The position numbers were made by a program, and so were the translations under genes. The notes beneath the pieces were generated by a model, which did no database searches, had not been told where the DNA came from, and saw only the letters and a program-made list of their open reading frames with translations. This document shows, piece after piece, positions 36,047 through 44,870 of a DNA stretch of 64,000 bases. Positions within the stretch are counted from its first letter, which is position 1, and every line of letters starts with the position of its first letter. Location of the stretch: sequence record OZ035799.1; one strand, 5' to 3'. The stretch comes from Justusliebigvirus alia.

Positions 36047-36271
36047 ATGAAGTCTGTAAACAAGTTGCAACAATTTTTGTTATCAACAGCAATCTTTTTG
36101 CTTTTGTTAATTGGTATTCTGTATGGTGCATCTAATTTGTACAATCTACATAATGATGTAGAACAGAACAAAGAGAAGTGCATCATTCTAAAACACAATA
36201 AACAAGCAGAAGATTTCTTAAAGAATAAGTGTTACAACTACATTGATTATGAGGAGACAAACAATGATTAA
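36047..36271 (+). CDS. hypothetical membrane-anchored protein, paralog family C (copy 2)
   Basis: TM helix then KEKCIILKHNKQAEDFLKNKCYNY; AAGGAGGG SD. Confidence 0.45.
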   Translation: MKSVNKLQQFLLSTAIFLLLLIGILYGASNLYNLHNDVEQNKEKCIILKHNKQAEDFLKNKCYNYIDYEETNND

Positions 36272-36506
36272 AGAATTAGGTATGCGAGTATACAGTGAGT
36301 GGACTCCAAGCAATGGCCCAGGAGTTGTTGCAGCTAAATGTATCAATGGTCGTATTGAGTACCTGGAAGGGTATGAAGATAATGAAGAGTTAGTAGATTA
36401 TGCTAAATCTTTTATTGAAGATGATACAGACTTTATTGTATTATATGATACAGGAGAGTTAGAGTATGGATATGATGGAGATGGGGATATCTTTGAACTT
36501 CAATAA
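36264..36506 (+). CDS. hypothetical protein
   Basis: Start at MIKELGMRVY with GAGGAGACAAAC SD (track start is TTG). Confidence 0.45.
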   Translation: MIKELGMRVYSEWTPSNGPGVVAAKCINGRIEYLEGYEDNEELVDYAKSFIEDDTDFIVLYDTGELEYGYDGDGDIFELQ

Positions 36507-36507
36507 G

Positions 36508-36553
36508 AGTAGTAAGTAAGATATAAAGAGTAGTAAGTAAGATATAAAGAGTA
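36508..36553. repeat. tandem direct repeat, 21 bp x 2
   Basis: gagtagtaagtaagatataaa repeated back to back. Confidence 0.5.
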
Positions 36554-36621
36554 TATAGTTAGTTATAGAGTTAGTAACATTACATATACTCTTTCCATGT
36601 ATAACATGGAATATTCTCTAC

Positions 36622-36672
36622 CTCGCTATCGCTCGGTATATAAGATTAGGGTAGCATGTTTTTCACGAAAAG
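36622..36672 (+). promoter_or_regulatory. conserved intergenic motif (copy 2)
   Basis: CTCGCTATCGCTCG ... TTAGGGTAGCATGTTTTTCACGAAAAG; about 65 nt upstream of ORF 36735. Confidence 0.4.
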
Positions 36673-36734
36673 TAAAACTGTTTATACCGATTGATAGCAG
36701 GTTTTTAATAGATTCTATCTATGAGGAGTAGAAA

Positions 36735-36953
36735 GTGTACAAATTATATAAAGGAAAAGATAAGTTTACGGGTAATACATCTGGTTTCTATGTAACACCA
36801 CGTGGTGTTGCTGTATTTGATTGGATTCCTGGTACTCCAGATCGTGAAATGATCTCTCTTGTAAAACTGTCGGAACAAGAATATACTTATGGTGACATTA
36901 CAACATTCTATTCTCGTGCAGAAAATCCAAAACTGATCGCGGAGTGGGAATAA
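36735..36953 (+). CDS. hypothetical protein (GTG start)
   Basis: GAGGAG SD 7 nt before GTG 36735. Confidence 0.4.
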   Translation: MYKLYKGKDKFTGNTSGFYVTPRGVAVFDWIPGTPDREMISLVKLSEQEYTYGDITTFYSRAENPKLIAEWE

Positions 36954-37216
36954 TGGTTACACGATATGGTTTAGAGGTGTACAGCCAAGGTGCTGCTGGT
37001 CAATGTGATATTGTACCAGATCCAGAAGGAGACTATGTTCTTCTTGCTGATTACAACAAGCTAGAAGAAAGACTTCTGGCTGTGTATGCTAAAGAGAACA
37101 AAACAATCTGTCCTTATTGCAATGGAATGGGTTGGGTGGTTGCAGATGTTGGACAAATGTATGAATGTGTACCTTGTAAAACCACAGGCTTTATTGAAAA
37201 GGATACTGACAAATGA
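36953..37216 (+). CDS. hypothetical protein, paralog family B (copy 2) with zinc-ribbon-like C-terminus
   Basis: CDIVPDPEGDYVLLADY...ICPYCNGMGWV...CVPCKTTG. Confidence 0.45.
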   Translation: MVTRYGLEVYSQGAAGQCDIVPDPEGDYVLLADYNKLEERLLAVYAKENKTICPYCNGMGWVVADVGQMYECVPCKTTGFIEKDTDK

Positions 37217-37461
37217 CTGTAGCAGATAAAATGAGAGAACTGGCAGAAAACGCAGAACTTAACAAAGCAAAGGAGAGTTTACAAAACATCTACGCGTATA
37301 TTGAAAGAGCAGCTAAAGATGGAGACAGAGAAGCTGCTATATACACGCTTTATCCAACTTTTGTAAAAGTTAGCTTGGATGCTGAAGGTTTTTCAACTTT
37401 TATTGATACAGAAACATCTCATTACGATGAAAACTTTACTCGAATAGTTATTCGATGGTAA
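37213..37461 (+). CDS. hypothetical protein
   Basis: 82 aa ORF. Confidence 0.45.
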   Translation: MTVADKMRELAENAELNKAKESLQNIYAYIERAAKDGDREAAIYTLYPTFVKVSLDAEGFSTFIDTETSHYDENFTRIVIRW

Positions 37462-37566
37462 ATTTCTGATATTTATGCGCCCTGGCTACCTGGGCGTAAT
37501 AAATTCAGCTTATATTTGATCCGCGCCTTCGGCGCTTAGGCAAAGCCACGCCACACAGGAGAGTTT

Positions 37567-37977
37567 ATGTTCAAATGGTTAAAAGAGTTTCTAACATCTT
37601 TGGTAGAACCTAAGCAAGACGTTATTAAAAGCTCTATCACAGGAAAACCGCTTGTTATAGTTACAGGCGGCTTTGGTCATGGGTTTTCTCTTAAACAAAC
37701 AGATATAGGTTTACAGGGATCTTTGATTAGTTTTAGAATCACTCAATTAGGAGATAATAGACAAACAATCTTAGACCTTTTCAATGGGGAATTTGATGAC
37801 TATTTATCCAAGAGTGGTAAAGAACGTCTGATCGAGCATATAAAACACCGCTATGAGCATGGTGGTTACTACTTAGATACAAAACGTAATGCACAAGGTG
37901 ATCTTGACATAGTTCGTATAGCGTGGGATAATGAATTTAAAACTAAACTTGGTAAACTTCTGGAGGAGTTATGGTAA
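37567..37977 (+). CDS. hypothetical protein
   Basis: 136 aa ORF with GGAGAG SD. Confidence 0.5.
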   Translation: MFKWLKEFLTSLVEPKQDVIKSSITGKPLVIVTGGFGHGFSLKQTDIGLQGSLISFRITQLGDNRQTILDLFNGEFDDYLSKSGKERLIEHIKHRYEHGGYYLDTKRNAQGDLDIVRIAWDNEFKTKLGKLLEELW

Positions 37978-38153
37978 ATATTAAAACAGGTGATATTGTA
38001 CGTCTTGCTAGTGAAGAAATGTTAATGACTGTAATGGTATCTACCTACGATACTTGCGAAGTGGTGTGGTTTGATGTTAATGAACAACTACAGAAAGCTA
38101 CATTTGATAAACGTATGCTTCGTAAAGTTGAAGAAGTGAAGGAGGAAGAATAA
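37971..38153 (+). CDS. hypothetical protein
   Basis: 60 aa ORF. Confidence 0.4.
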   Translation: MVNIKTGDIVRLASEEMLMTVMVSTYDTCEVVWFDVNEQLQKATFDKRMLRKVEEVKEEE

Positions 38154-38154
38154 T

Positions 38155-38367
38155 ATGACAATGTTGCTTCGTATGTTTGTGTTTCTTATGTTCTGGATTA
38201 TCGTTGGTAACGGTATTGTGTTTTTGATTTTTCCTGAAGTAATGACAGGTAATGAAAATAAGGCAGTGCCTTACATTATGCTTATCGGTTACGGTATTGG
38301 TACACTCGGATTACTGTTTGCTGACTGGTTAGTCAATACTTTGTTCTCTAAGTACAGGAACAACTAA
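38155..38367 (+). CDS. putative membrane protein
   Basis: Two hydrophobic helices (LLRMFVFLMFWIIVGNGIVFLIF; IMLIGYGIGTLGLLFADWLV). Confidence 0.45.
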   Translation: MTMLLRMFVFLMFWIIVGNGIVFLIFPEVMTGNENKAVPYIMLIGYGIGTLGLLFADWLVNTLFSKYRNN

Positions 38368-38368
38368 T

Positions 38369-38641
38369 ATGTCGGAAAAATTACCTAATGTTTTCTTTTG
38401 TTTTGTAGATTGTGTTACACAAGAAATTATAGTTGACGAAGAAGGTATGTTTACTTATTTTGCATCTGAAGAAGAGGCAAAACTGTCAGCTATGAAATGT
38501 ATAAGCCAATTGTCAGTACCTGCTGTCAACAGGTTCGGTATTGCACAGGTGTATAAAACAGTGACAGAGTTTACACCAGATCGAAAACTAACTTTTCTTA
38601 ACGTTCACTTTATTTGTAAGTTTAGTGAACTACGACATTAA
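38369..38641 (+). CDS. hypothetical protein
   Basis: 90 aa ORF. Confidence 0.45.
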   Translation: MSEKLPNVFFCFVDCVTQEIIVDEEGMFTYFASEEEAKLSAMKCISQLSVPAVNRFGIAQVYKTVTEFTPDRKLTFLNVHFICKFSELRH

Positions 38642-38654
38642 ATCAGGAGTAAAA

Positions 38655-39254
38655 ATGAAAGAATATTGGAGTGGTGAGAAGGGCTTACTAAAGCCAGGAA
38701 TGCTTTTGCGAGTGAAGAACATGTTGATCACACAAGATTACATAATGCCTAATCCTGGAGCATTAGTAGAATTCCTTACTGCGCGAGATCAACCTGGGGT
38801 TGGTGAAATGTGGATAGTAACGTGGATATCTCTCGATGGTAAATTGCGCGTTGCTCCTATTGACCCAAAACACCTAGAATCTCCTTACGCCAGTATTGAT
38901 CCTCGGATCATAGATTTGGCTAGAGTTTATAAAGCTCGTACTGGTGTAGAATTAAATGTGGAAATTTTAAATCAATGTATTGACTTCTTACCGGAAAAAG
39001 TGCATAATGCACAACAAGAAGGTAACGGTTTAGAAGTTGTTCTTCTTAATGATGGGATGTTCTCTGGTTTGGCATCCGTAGATTTTCCAATAACATTAAG
39101 ATTGTTACCTGGAGAATATGTACTGGATGAAGATACTATTGCTATATCCTCTAAAATTTTAGAACTCATTCCAGGTGCAAGGTGTGTTGGTGATACATCT
39201 TCCTTGCTGTTTACTCTGAATGAAGAAGCCATTATAGTTAAAAAGGAGAAGTAA
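38655..39254 (+). CDS. hypothetical protein
   Basis: Start at MKEYWSGEKG with AGGAGTAAAA SD. Confidence 0.5.
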   Translation: MKEYWSGEKGLLKPGMLLRVKNMLITQDYIMPNPGALVEFLTARDQPGVGEMWIVTWISLDGKLRVAPIDPKHLESPYASIDPRIIDLARVYKARTGVELNVEILNQCIDFLPEKVHNAQQEGNGLEVVLLNDGMFSGLASVDFPITLRLLPGEYVLDEDTIAISSKILELIPGARCVGDTSSLLFTLNEEAIIVKKEK

Positions 39255-39359
39255 ATGATGACGTTTATTGTTGGTGTTGTTGTTGGTTATTTTGGTCACA
39301 AGTACCAGGATGTTATCATCGCTAAAGTTGACGAAGTAATCGAAAAATTTAAACACTAA
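39255..39359 (+). CDS. hypothetical small membrane peptide
   Basis: 34 aa (MMTFIVGVVVGYFGHKYQDVIIAKVDEVIEKFKH); AAAAGGAGAAG SD. Confidence 0.3.
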   Translation: MMTFIVGVVVGYFGHKYQDVIIAKVDEVIEKFKH

Positions 39360-39410
39360 TTTTTTAAAAGGCTGTACTGCTGTGCAGCCTATCTTTCAAA
39401 GGAGAGTAAA

Positions 39411-39584
39411 ATGTTCAAAGATACCAATTATAAATGTGTACATTGTGGTAAATCTTTTGGTGATCACAAAGCTAAAACATTCAATTGTCCACGAAAAGGG
39501 CGGGGTAGCTTTAAAGGTTTTAATCCATCCCACGTTTATTCTCCCAACTACGAGAAACCAGAAGAAGAAAAATTTGTAATCTGA
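39411..39584 (+). CDS. hypothetical small zinc-ribbon protein
   Basis: 57 aa with CVHC...NCPRK motif; AAAGGAGAG SD; replaces the track ORF 39382..39579 in another frame. Confidence 0.4.
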   Translation: MFKDTNYKCVHCGKSFGDHKAKTFNCPRKGRGSFKGFNPSHVYSPNYEKPEEEKFVI

Positions 39585-39593
39585 GGAGGCAAT

Positions 39594-39881
39594 ATGGAAC
39601 TAGTGCAAGAAGTTTATGAAAAACTGAAAGAAGAGAATCTTGATTGGCCTGAACATGCTCTTATTGTCGTCAAAGATACTAATGGTGAAATAAAATTCTC
39701 AAGTGTAAGTGAAGATGATGTTGTTTTAAGTCCTACAGGATATTATATGAGAGGTGTTACGTGTCTATTCAACACCAAAGTGTATCCTGAAATTAAACTT
39801 AGTTACGGTGAACCTGATCATCCAGAAATCGTTACACGTAATGAATATGAAAATTATTATTTTGCTCGTGAAAGCAAATAA
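39594..39881 (+). CDS. hypothetical protein
   Basis: 95 aa ORF with GGAGG SD. Confidence 0.5.
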   Translation: MELVQEVYEKLKEENLDWPEHALIVVKDTNGEIKFSSVSEDDVVLSPTGYYMRGVTCLFNTKVYPEIKLSYGEPDHPEIVTRNEYENYYFARESK

Positions 39882-39889
39882 GGAAAACT

Positions 39890-40213
39890 ATGCAAAAAAT
39901 AAACACTGGTTCTCGTTATAAACAGAAGCAAACAAAAGCAAGGGTATCTTATGTTGACAACTCTTGTTATAATTTCAAAAATGTTAAAGAAGTTATCATT
40001 GATGAAAAAGAAGGTTTGATTCACATTTCATCTGAACGTTTGAAAGGTAGTGTTACTCTTCGTGAGAATGTATCTATACCTATGAAAGTTGTGGCTACAC
40101 TCTGTGTTGATAAACCAGATGTTGTTAACTACTATGTGTTCCGTGATAGTTGTATTTCATTACATAATAAGATTTTTAAATCTTCGCACGTTAAAACAAA
40201 ACACATTGTATAA
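39890..40213 (+). CDS. hypothetical protein
   Basis: 107 aa ORF. Confidence 0.5.
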   Translation: MQKINTGSRYKQKQTKARVSYVDNSCYNFKNVKEVIIDEKEGLIHISSERLKGSVTLRENVSIPMKVVATLCVDKPDVVNYYVFRDSCISLHNKIFKSSHVKTKHIV

Positions 40214-40218
40214 CACAT

Positions 40219-40242
40219 AAACCCGCTCCGGCGGGTTTTCTT
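40219..40242 (+). terminator. rho-independent terminator
   Basis: ACCCGCTCCGGCGGGT hairpin + TTTCTTG; same element as 13976. Confidence 0.6.
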
Positions 40243-40287
40243 GTATGTGTGTTTTTATTTGTCTTAGCATAAACAATAGGAGGTATT

Positions 40288-40509
40288 ATGTCTGTAGTTG
40301 TAGAAGGTAGTATTGGTTTCTTAGTAGATAACCCTCACCCTTTCGTGGTTAAGGTTCATATTCAAGAAAAGGTAAGCAACAATACGTGGTTGTGCTTGTT
40401 AGATAGTAAGATACACTCTTATACAGAGGTTTATCTTCACACTTGGCAAATTGGTACGATAACAGCAGAGGATGAATTGATAATTGAACTATATGAACGA
40501 GATCTATAG
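40288..40509 (+). CDS. hypothetical protein
   Basis: 73 aa ORF with AGGAGG SD. Confidence 0.45.
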   Translation: MSVVVEGSIGFLVDNPHPFVVKVHIQEKVSNNTWLCLLDSKIHSYTEVYLHTWQIGTITAEDELIIELYERDL

Positions 40510-40579
40510 ATGACTTTATTAGAGAGTATTGTAGTGTTAATCATCTTTATCGTTGTTGTCATAGGATATTTTACAGAAG

Positions 40580-40612
40580 ACTAAAATAAAGCCCCTAGAA
40601 GCGATTCTAGGG
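40580..40612. terminator. bidirectional rho-independent terminator
   Basis: AAAATAAAGCCCCTAGAAGCGATTCTAGGGGCTTTTGTTTG: A-run, hairpin, T-run; separates convergent plus and minus blocks. Confidence 0.65.
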
Positions 40613-40684
40613 GCTTTTGTTTGCATTAGATAGGGAAACGTATTACTAAAATAAAAAGTGCGTTAGAATGCGTTACAGGAGGTT

Positions 40685-40942
40685 TTAAGAATGCATAAAA
40701 TCTTCTTCAGGGCAGGTTGAGAGATAAGAGATGCACGTTGGGACAACAACAACATTATCTTTAAGGTTTGCAACCAAGCCTTTTGTAATTCCAGCCACTG
40801 CCCCGTTAATATCTGCTTGACGGATACCAAAACCTTGTTGTGCGGATAGATAACAAAATCCCTCACCTTTCTGTTGATTATTATTGAAGTAATAAACGTA
40901 GTGCATCATAAAATGGTCTTTAACGATTTGTTCTGTGGTCAT
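40685..40942 (-). CDS. hypothetical protein
   Basis: 85 aa ORF with GGAGAATATT SD; follows a minus-strand terminator hairpin (40957-40975). Confidence 0.4.
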   Translation of the reverse strand: MTTEQIVKDHFMMHYVYYFNNNQQKGEGFCYLSAQQGFGIRQADINGAVAGITKGLVANLKDNVVVVPTCISYLSTCPEEDFMHS

Positions 40943-40985
40943 AATATTCTCCTATAAGAAAAGGGGCTTTCGCCCCTTGGTCAAG

Positions 40986-41798
40986 TTACTTAGTCAAATG
41001 ATCTTCTATCATTTTTATGAAAGCAGGATTGCTAAAAGCATCTGCTGCCTTTTCTCTATAAACAAAGACTCCTCTATCTTCGTAAAGAAGAGTTTCTTCG
41101 TAATTAATTCCTGGGTTAACAACAATCATTTTTGTACCCATACTAAGTGCAGGGAATAATTCCCAATTAAAATTGATAACTTGGTTTGAACATCCTACTA
41201 CAACAACCAAATCTTGCATGGTCAAAGTATCAAACAAGTGAGCCATATCTGCATACAAAGGTGCAGCCTCACCAAAAAATACAACATTAGGCTTCACCCA
41301 ATTATAATCATCTATGTTTATACTATTGTAACCAATGTCTACCAGTGTTTTGTAATCTCCAGGATGCATACGGTAAACTACTTCAGGAAGATACCCGTGC
41401 ACGTGAATAACAGAATCCCTGTCCACACCTGCTCGCTCTAGTAGATCATCAACGTTTGTTGTCAAGTTTACTACTTGGTTAGGATATTCCTTAAACCACT
41501 TTGCTATTTGAATATGTGCAGCATTAGGTTGTACATCTTTAAGCTCAACACGTCTTTTGTTATAAAATTCGTGTGTTTTGGCATACAAGTCCATACCGTT
41601 CTCGTCTACACCACCGACCACTGGAAGATCTGGTGATGTTCTCACACGATAACCTGCTTGGAAAGCTCCAATATCGCAGATCTCTTCTAAATCCCATTCT
41701 TCCCATAAGGCACGACCACTATCTGTGTCTGTTCGGAATGTTCGAATCCCACTGTCTGCACTTAAACCAGCTCCACTAACAAAAATTACTCTTCGCAT
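40986..41798 (-). CDS. Sir2 (sirtuin)-family protein, apparently lacking the zinc-ribbon module
   Basis: VIFVSGAGLSADSGIRTFR (GAGxS..SGIxxFR), catalytic His in VIHVHGYL, VVVVGCSNQV (GTS-like); no CxxC pairs seen. Confidence 0.7.
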   Translation of the reverse strand: MRRVIFVSGAGLSADSGIRTFRTDTDSGRALWEEWDLEEICDIGAFQAGYRVRTSPDLPVVGGVDENGMDLYAKTHEFYNKRRVELKDVQPNAAHIQIAKWFKEYPNQVVNLTTNVDDLLERAGVDRDSVIHVHGYLPEVVYRMHPGDYKTLVDIGYNSINIDDYNWVKPNVVFFGEAAPLYADMAHLFDTLTMQDLVVVVGCSNQVINFNWELFPALSMGTKMIVVNPGINYEETLLYEDRGVFVYREKAADAFSNPAFIKMIEDHLTK

Positions 41799-42355
41799 TC
41801 AATATCCTCTTCGTAATCATCATCCCAAGAAGATGCATCGTAACGCTCTTCCTCTTCGAAATCCCAATTAATTTCTACTCCAAAATCTAAAAACAATTTA
41901 ACAATGTTTTCTGTAGAATAGTATTTATCATAAGCGTTAGCTAGTTCCCAATACTTGTCACTCAATTTTTTATAAGTAGGATCATTATAGTCATAATCTA
42001 CTTTATAACCATAGTCATACATCTCTTGTTCAGCTTTAAGCATAGCTTCTGGTGTAAGAAGATTAGGGAACGGACGATTTCTTTCTTTTAACTTAGAAGC
42101 GATCCAGTTTGCAACATTCACCACTTCACCATCTCGATTATCACCTAAACAACTTGCATAATCTCCATCTTCGTAAGTGCCTAAATCCCCACTAACTTCA
42201 TGTACAATAGACGAATACGATCCACACGTTTCACAATCTGAAAAAGTGTCTACTGTTGTAATATCAACAGATAAAACTGGTAAAGCCATAGCTTCTTTCA
42301 CACAAGCCTCCTCATATAATAACATGTCATCAAAACCCATATATCCTCCAGACAA
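41786..42355 (-). CDS. hypothetical acidic protein
   Basis: 189 aa, Asp/Glu/Tyr-rich, C-terminus DDDYEEDIECEE; overlaps Sir2 start by 13 nt. Confidence 0.5.
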   Translation of the reverse strand: MSGGYMGFDDMLLYEEACVKEAMALPVLSVDITTVDTFSDCETCGSYSSIVHEVSGDLGTYEDGDYASCLGDNRDGEVVNVANWIASKLKERNRPFPNLLTPEAMLKAEQEMYDYGYKVDYDYNDPTYKKLSDKYWELANAYDKYYSTENIVKLFLDFGVEINWDFEEEERYDASSWDDDYEEDIECEE

Positions 42356-42358
42356 ATA

Positions 42359-42380
42359 AAGCCCCTGCTTGGGGGCTTTG
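42359..42380 (-). terminator. rho-independent terminator (minus strand)
   Basis: AAATAAAGCCCCTGCTTGGGGGCTTT; A-run on top strand precedes the hairpin. Confidence 0.5.
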
Positions 42381-42395
42381 GTTAAGTTTTACGGA

Positions 42396-43004
42396 TTATA
42401 CCAGACTTTTAAGGTACTTGTCAAGGGCTTCTTGATCACCTTGACAAACATAGCAACGGAAGTCTTGAGCAGAAGGTTCTTTGTCTTCGTCCCAATCCCA
42501 ATAGACAGTACCTTTATAGCGTGAACCTGGGAACTCGAAATATGCTGTATGAGTAATATGATGTGGGCCACCCCAAAACTGTGTAAAAGTAAATTGAGGA
42601 TACGCTGCTTTAACTGTATTTTCAAACCAAGTTTTACGATCTAATGCTTCGTTTATAAAATAAGCATGGCGTTCCATTTCATCCCAGTTTTTCCAAACGC
42701 ATTTTTCATCCAGAGAAAAAACAAAATCTTCACTGTTGAATTCATCTGTATCTTCCAAAATATCATAATCATGTGCACTAGGTATCCACCATCCAGCTTC
42801 TAGTAGTGCTTTCACGGGTACAAAACCTTTTTCAGCATATTGATCAAATTCTTTTACTCTACGTACAGTGCAGTATTCATCTTCACCACCAATGTCCAGT
42901 AGACAAGCACCTTTGCGTCTTGCTGCAAGACCATGTGTATCAAAAACTACAACACTACCTTCACCGTCTTCACGATCTACTTGATATGCAACTTTTTGAG
43001 TCAT
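42396..43004 (-). CDS. hypothetical protein
   Basis: 202 aa ORF; no recognisable motif. Confidence 0.5.
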   Translation of the reverse strand: MTQKVAYQVDREDGEGSVVVFDTHGLAARRKGACLLDIGGEDEYCTVRRVKEFDQYAEKGFVPVKALLEAGWWIPSAHDYDILEDTDEFNSEDFVFSLDEKCVWKNWDEMERHAYFINEALDRKTWFENTVKAAYPQFTFTQFWGGPHHITHTAYFEFPGSRYKGTVYWDWDEDKEPSAQDFRCYVCQGDQEALDKYLKSLV

Positions 43005-43127
43005 ATTACCCCCAATGTATATGGGAAATTAACCAAAAGATAAATTCCCAAAAACACCAACCAAGAAAAGTTAATGGAATTATAAAAGCTATCAGAGCAG
43101 TCTTCCAGCCTTTCCACAATGTTTCCA

Positions 43128-44117
43128 CTATTCCTCCATACATTTAAGAATATGTGCAATGACAGGTATAGTCCAACCGTTACCTAACATCTTATATGCT
43201 TGTGTATTACTACTCACTTTAAAGTAGTCATCTGGCACACCTTGCAAACGGCAACACTCTTTAACGGTTAACTTTCTATAATGTACGCCTTCACTCAATT
43301 TTTCAAAAGCATCTAAATATCTTCCAGGTGGAATGTAAGCTAATAGTACGTCTTTCGGCACAGTCGTGAGGCAACGAGTTTTTTCACTGTCCTGAACTTC
43401 CAAACAATGTACCAAACGATCAGTTTTAGATGTACTACGTTTGCCATTTTCATTAATTCTACGCCCATATATTGCTGCTGGATAAAAAACCAGTTGTCTG
43501 CGACTCTTTTCAAAATACTGTTCTATATTACCACCTTTGGCATAATTTGCATCTATGCAATAAGCCTTATCTCTGTCTACAATACTATCATCTTCAATGA
43601 TATCTTGCAACACTTCATTGGTAATATCCCAGGGTTTTATTTCCCAGTTGCACCAGTATAAACGTTGTCTATTCTGTGCCGTGAAATCTGCGGAGTTAAT
43701 GAATACGGGATCAACACCTAAGTAACTTGTGATCACGTTTTCCCACTCCACTTTCATCTTAACGTTTTCGAGCATGAACTTAACATTAGGGTTAAACTTT
43801 TTAATATGTTCAAGAATCTCAACATATTCGAAGAATAGCTTAGATCGCGGATCTTGAAAGTTCAAACCCTTACCAGAAGAAGAGAAGCCTTGACACGGAC
43901 TACCACCTAACAAAAGATCAATTTCTCCCCACGGAATATCCCATTCTCTCCATTTTGTAACATCGCCTAACTGAATAATATCTGGAAAATTTGCTTGGCT
44001 TTCAGCTATGGCGAATTTGTCTAATTCTGAAGCATAATATGTATCTACTTCAATACCTGCACTTTTTAGCGCAAGCATTCCTCCTGACATACCATCAAAA
44101 AGACTTAAAACTTTCAT
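43128..44117 (-). CDS. DNA (cytosine-5)-methyltransferase
   Basis: Motif I LSLFDGMSGG, motif IV GGSPCQGFS, motif VI FMLENV, motif VIII QNRQRLYW, C-terminal GNGWTIPV. Confidence 0.85.
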   Translation of the reverse strand: MKVLSLFDGMSGGMLALKSAGIEVDTYYASELDKFAIAESQANFPDIIQLGDVTKWREWDIPWGEIDLLLGGSPCQGFSSSGKGLNFQDPRSKLFFEYVEILEHIKKFNPNVKFMLENVKMKVEWENVITSYLGVDPVFINSADFTAQNRQRLYWCNWEIKPWDITNEVLQDIIEDDSIVDRDKAYCIDANYAKGGNIEQYFEKSRRQLVFYPAAIYGRRINENGKRSTSKTDRLVHCLEVQDSEKTRCLTTVPKDVLLAYIPPGRYLDAFEKLSEGVHYRKLTVKECCRLQGVPDDYFKVSSNTQAYKMLGNGWTIPVIAHILKCMEE

Positions 44118-44530
44118 TATTGCTTCTTCTCCTTAACACTAGCTGGTAATTCTGCCTTGAGGCAGAAGTTTAAACGGTAAGCCTCATTTTCATTTAAAAG
44201 TACAGATTCACACGATAACCAGAACAAGAGATCCTCAATACCAGGGCTGTTAAGCCAACAGTGCAGAAGAGAATGTTGTTCTATATCAATGTAATTTAGT
44301 AACAAGGCTTGTAAGGCGTAACTAGTTCCTGTCGTTTTTGCTTTTTCAAGGATGATATTGTGTTTACTAACAACTTTCTTCCTAAGACCAAACCATTTAT
44401 TAACAACAACAGTCTCCTCTTGTAGTTGTTTTCTTATTTTCTCACATTCTTTAACTACAATCTGCATCTTATCCACTGCCGATTGAAGTTGTTCTTTTGT
44501 TGGGTTTACAAAATAATCACTATAATACAT
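44117..44530 (-). CDS. hypothetical protein
   Basis: 137 aa ORF immediately upstream of the C5-MTase, 1-nt overlap. Confidence 0.5.
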   Translation of the reverse strand: MYYSDYFVNPTKEQLQSAVDKMQIVVKECEKIRKQLQEETVVVNKWFGLRKKVVSKHNIILEKAKTTGTSYALQALLLNYIDIEQHSLLHCWLNSPGIEDLLFWLSCESVLLNENEAYRLNFCLKAELPASVKEKKQ

Positions 44531-44585
44531 GCTAATCTCCTCTTCTGTTTTTCTGTAGTTTATTCGAAAAAACTGGTGTTGTCAA

Positions 44586-44612
44586 CAAAAAACCCGCCGA
44601 AGCGGGTTTATA
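44586..44612. terminator. bidirectional rho-independent terminator
   Basis: AAAAAACCCGCCGAAGCGGGTTTATATT. Confidence 0.6.
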
Positions 44613-44870
44613 TTATTCTACAGGAACTTCTTCACCAAGAGAGACTTCTAAACGGAATGCTTTACTTTCAATACACTCACTACCTTTTAGAAAATCAAAT
44701 TGCACTATAGACTGACTTAATAGGATAGATAGAATCACATCGCAATCTTCACTAGGAGCTAGATGTTTGTATTCTTCCTTCAAGGTAACATCATAAAAAC
44801 ATAAATCCCCTACTCCTAGTTCATCCCATCCTTCCCACGCATCTACAAAGTTAAATTCTAAACCTTTCAT
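44613..44870 (-). CDS. hypothetical protein
   Basis: 85 aa ORF. Confidence 0.45.
   Translation of the reverse strand: MKGLEFNFVDAWEGWDELGVGDLCFYDVTLKEEYKHLAPSEDCDVILSILLSQSIVQFDFLKGSECIESKAFRLEVSLGEEVPVE

Noticed and set aside
39382-39579. Track ORF 39382..39579(+)
   Set aside because: It begins inside a hairpin and has no ribosome-binding site; the overlapping frame starting at 39411 has a strong AAAGGAGAG site and encodes a zinc-ribbon protein.
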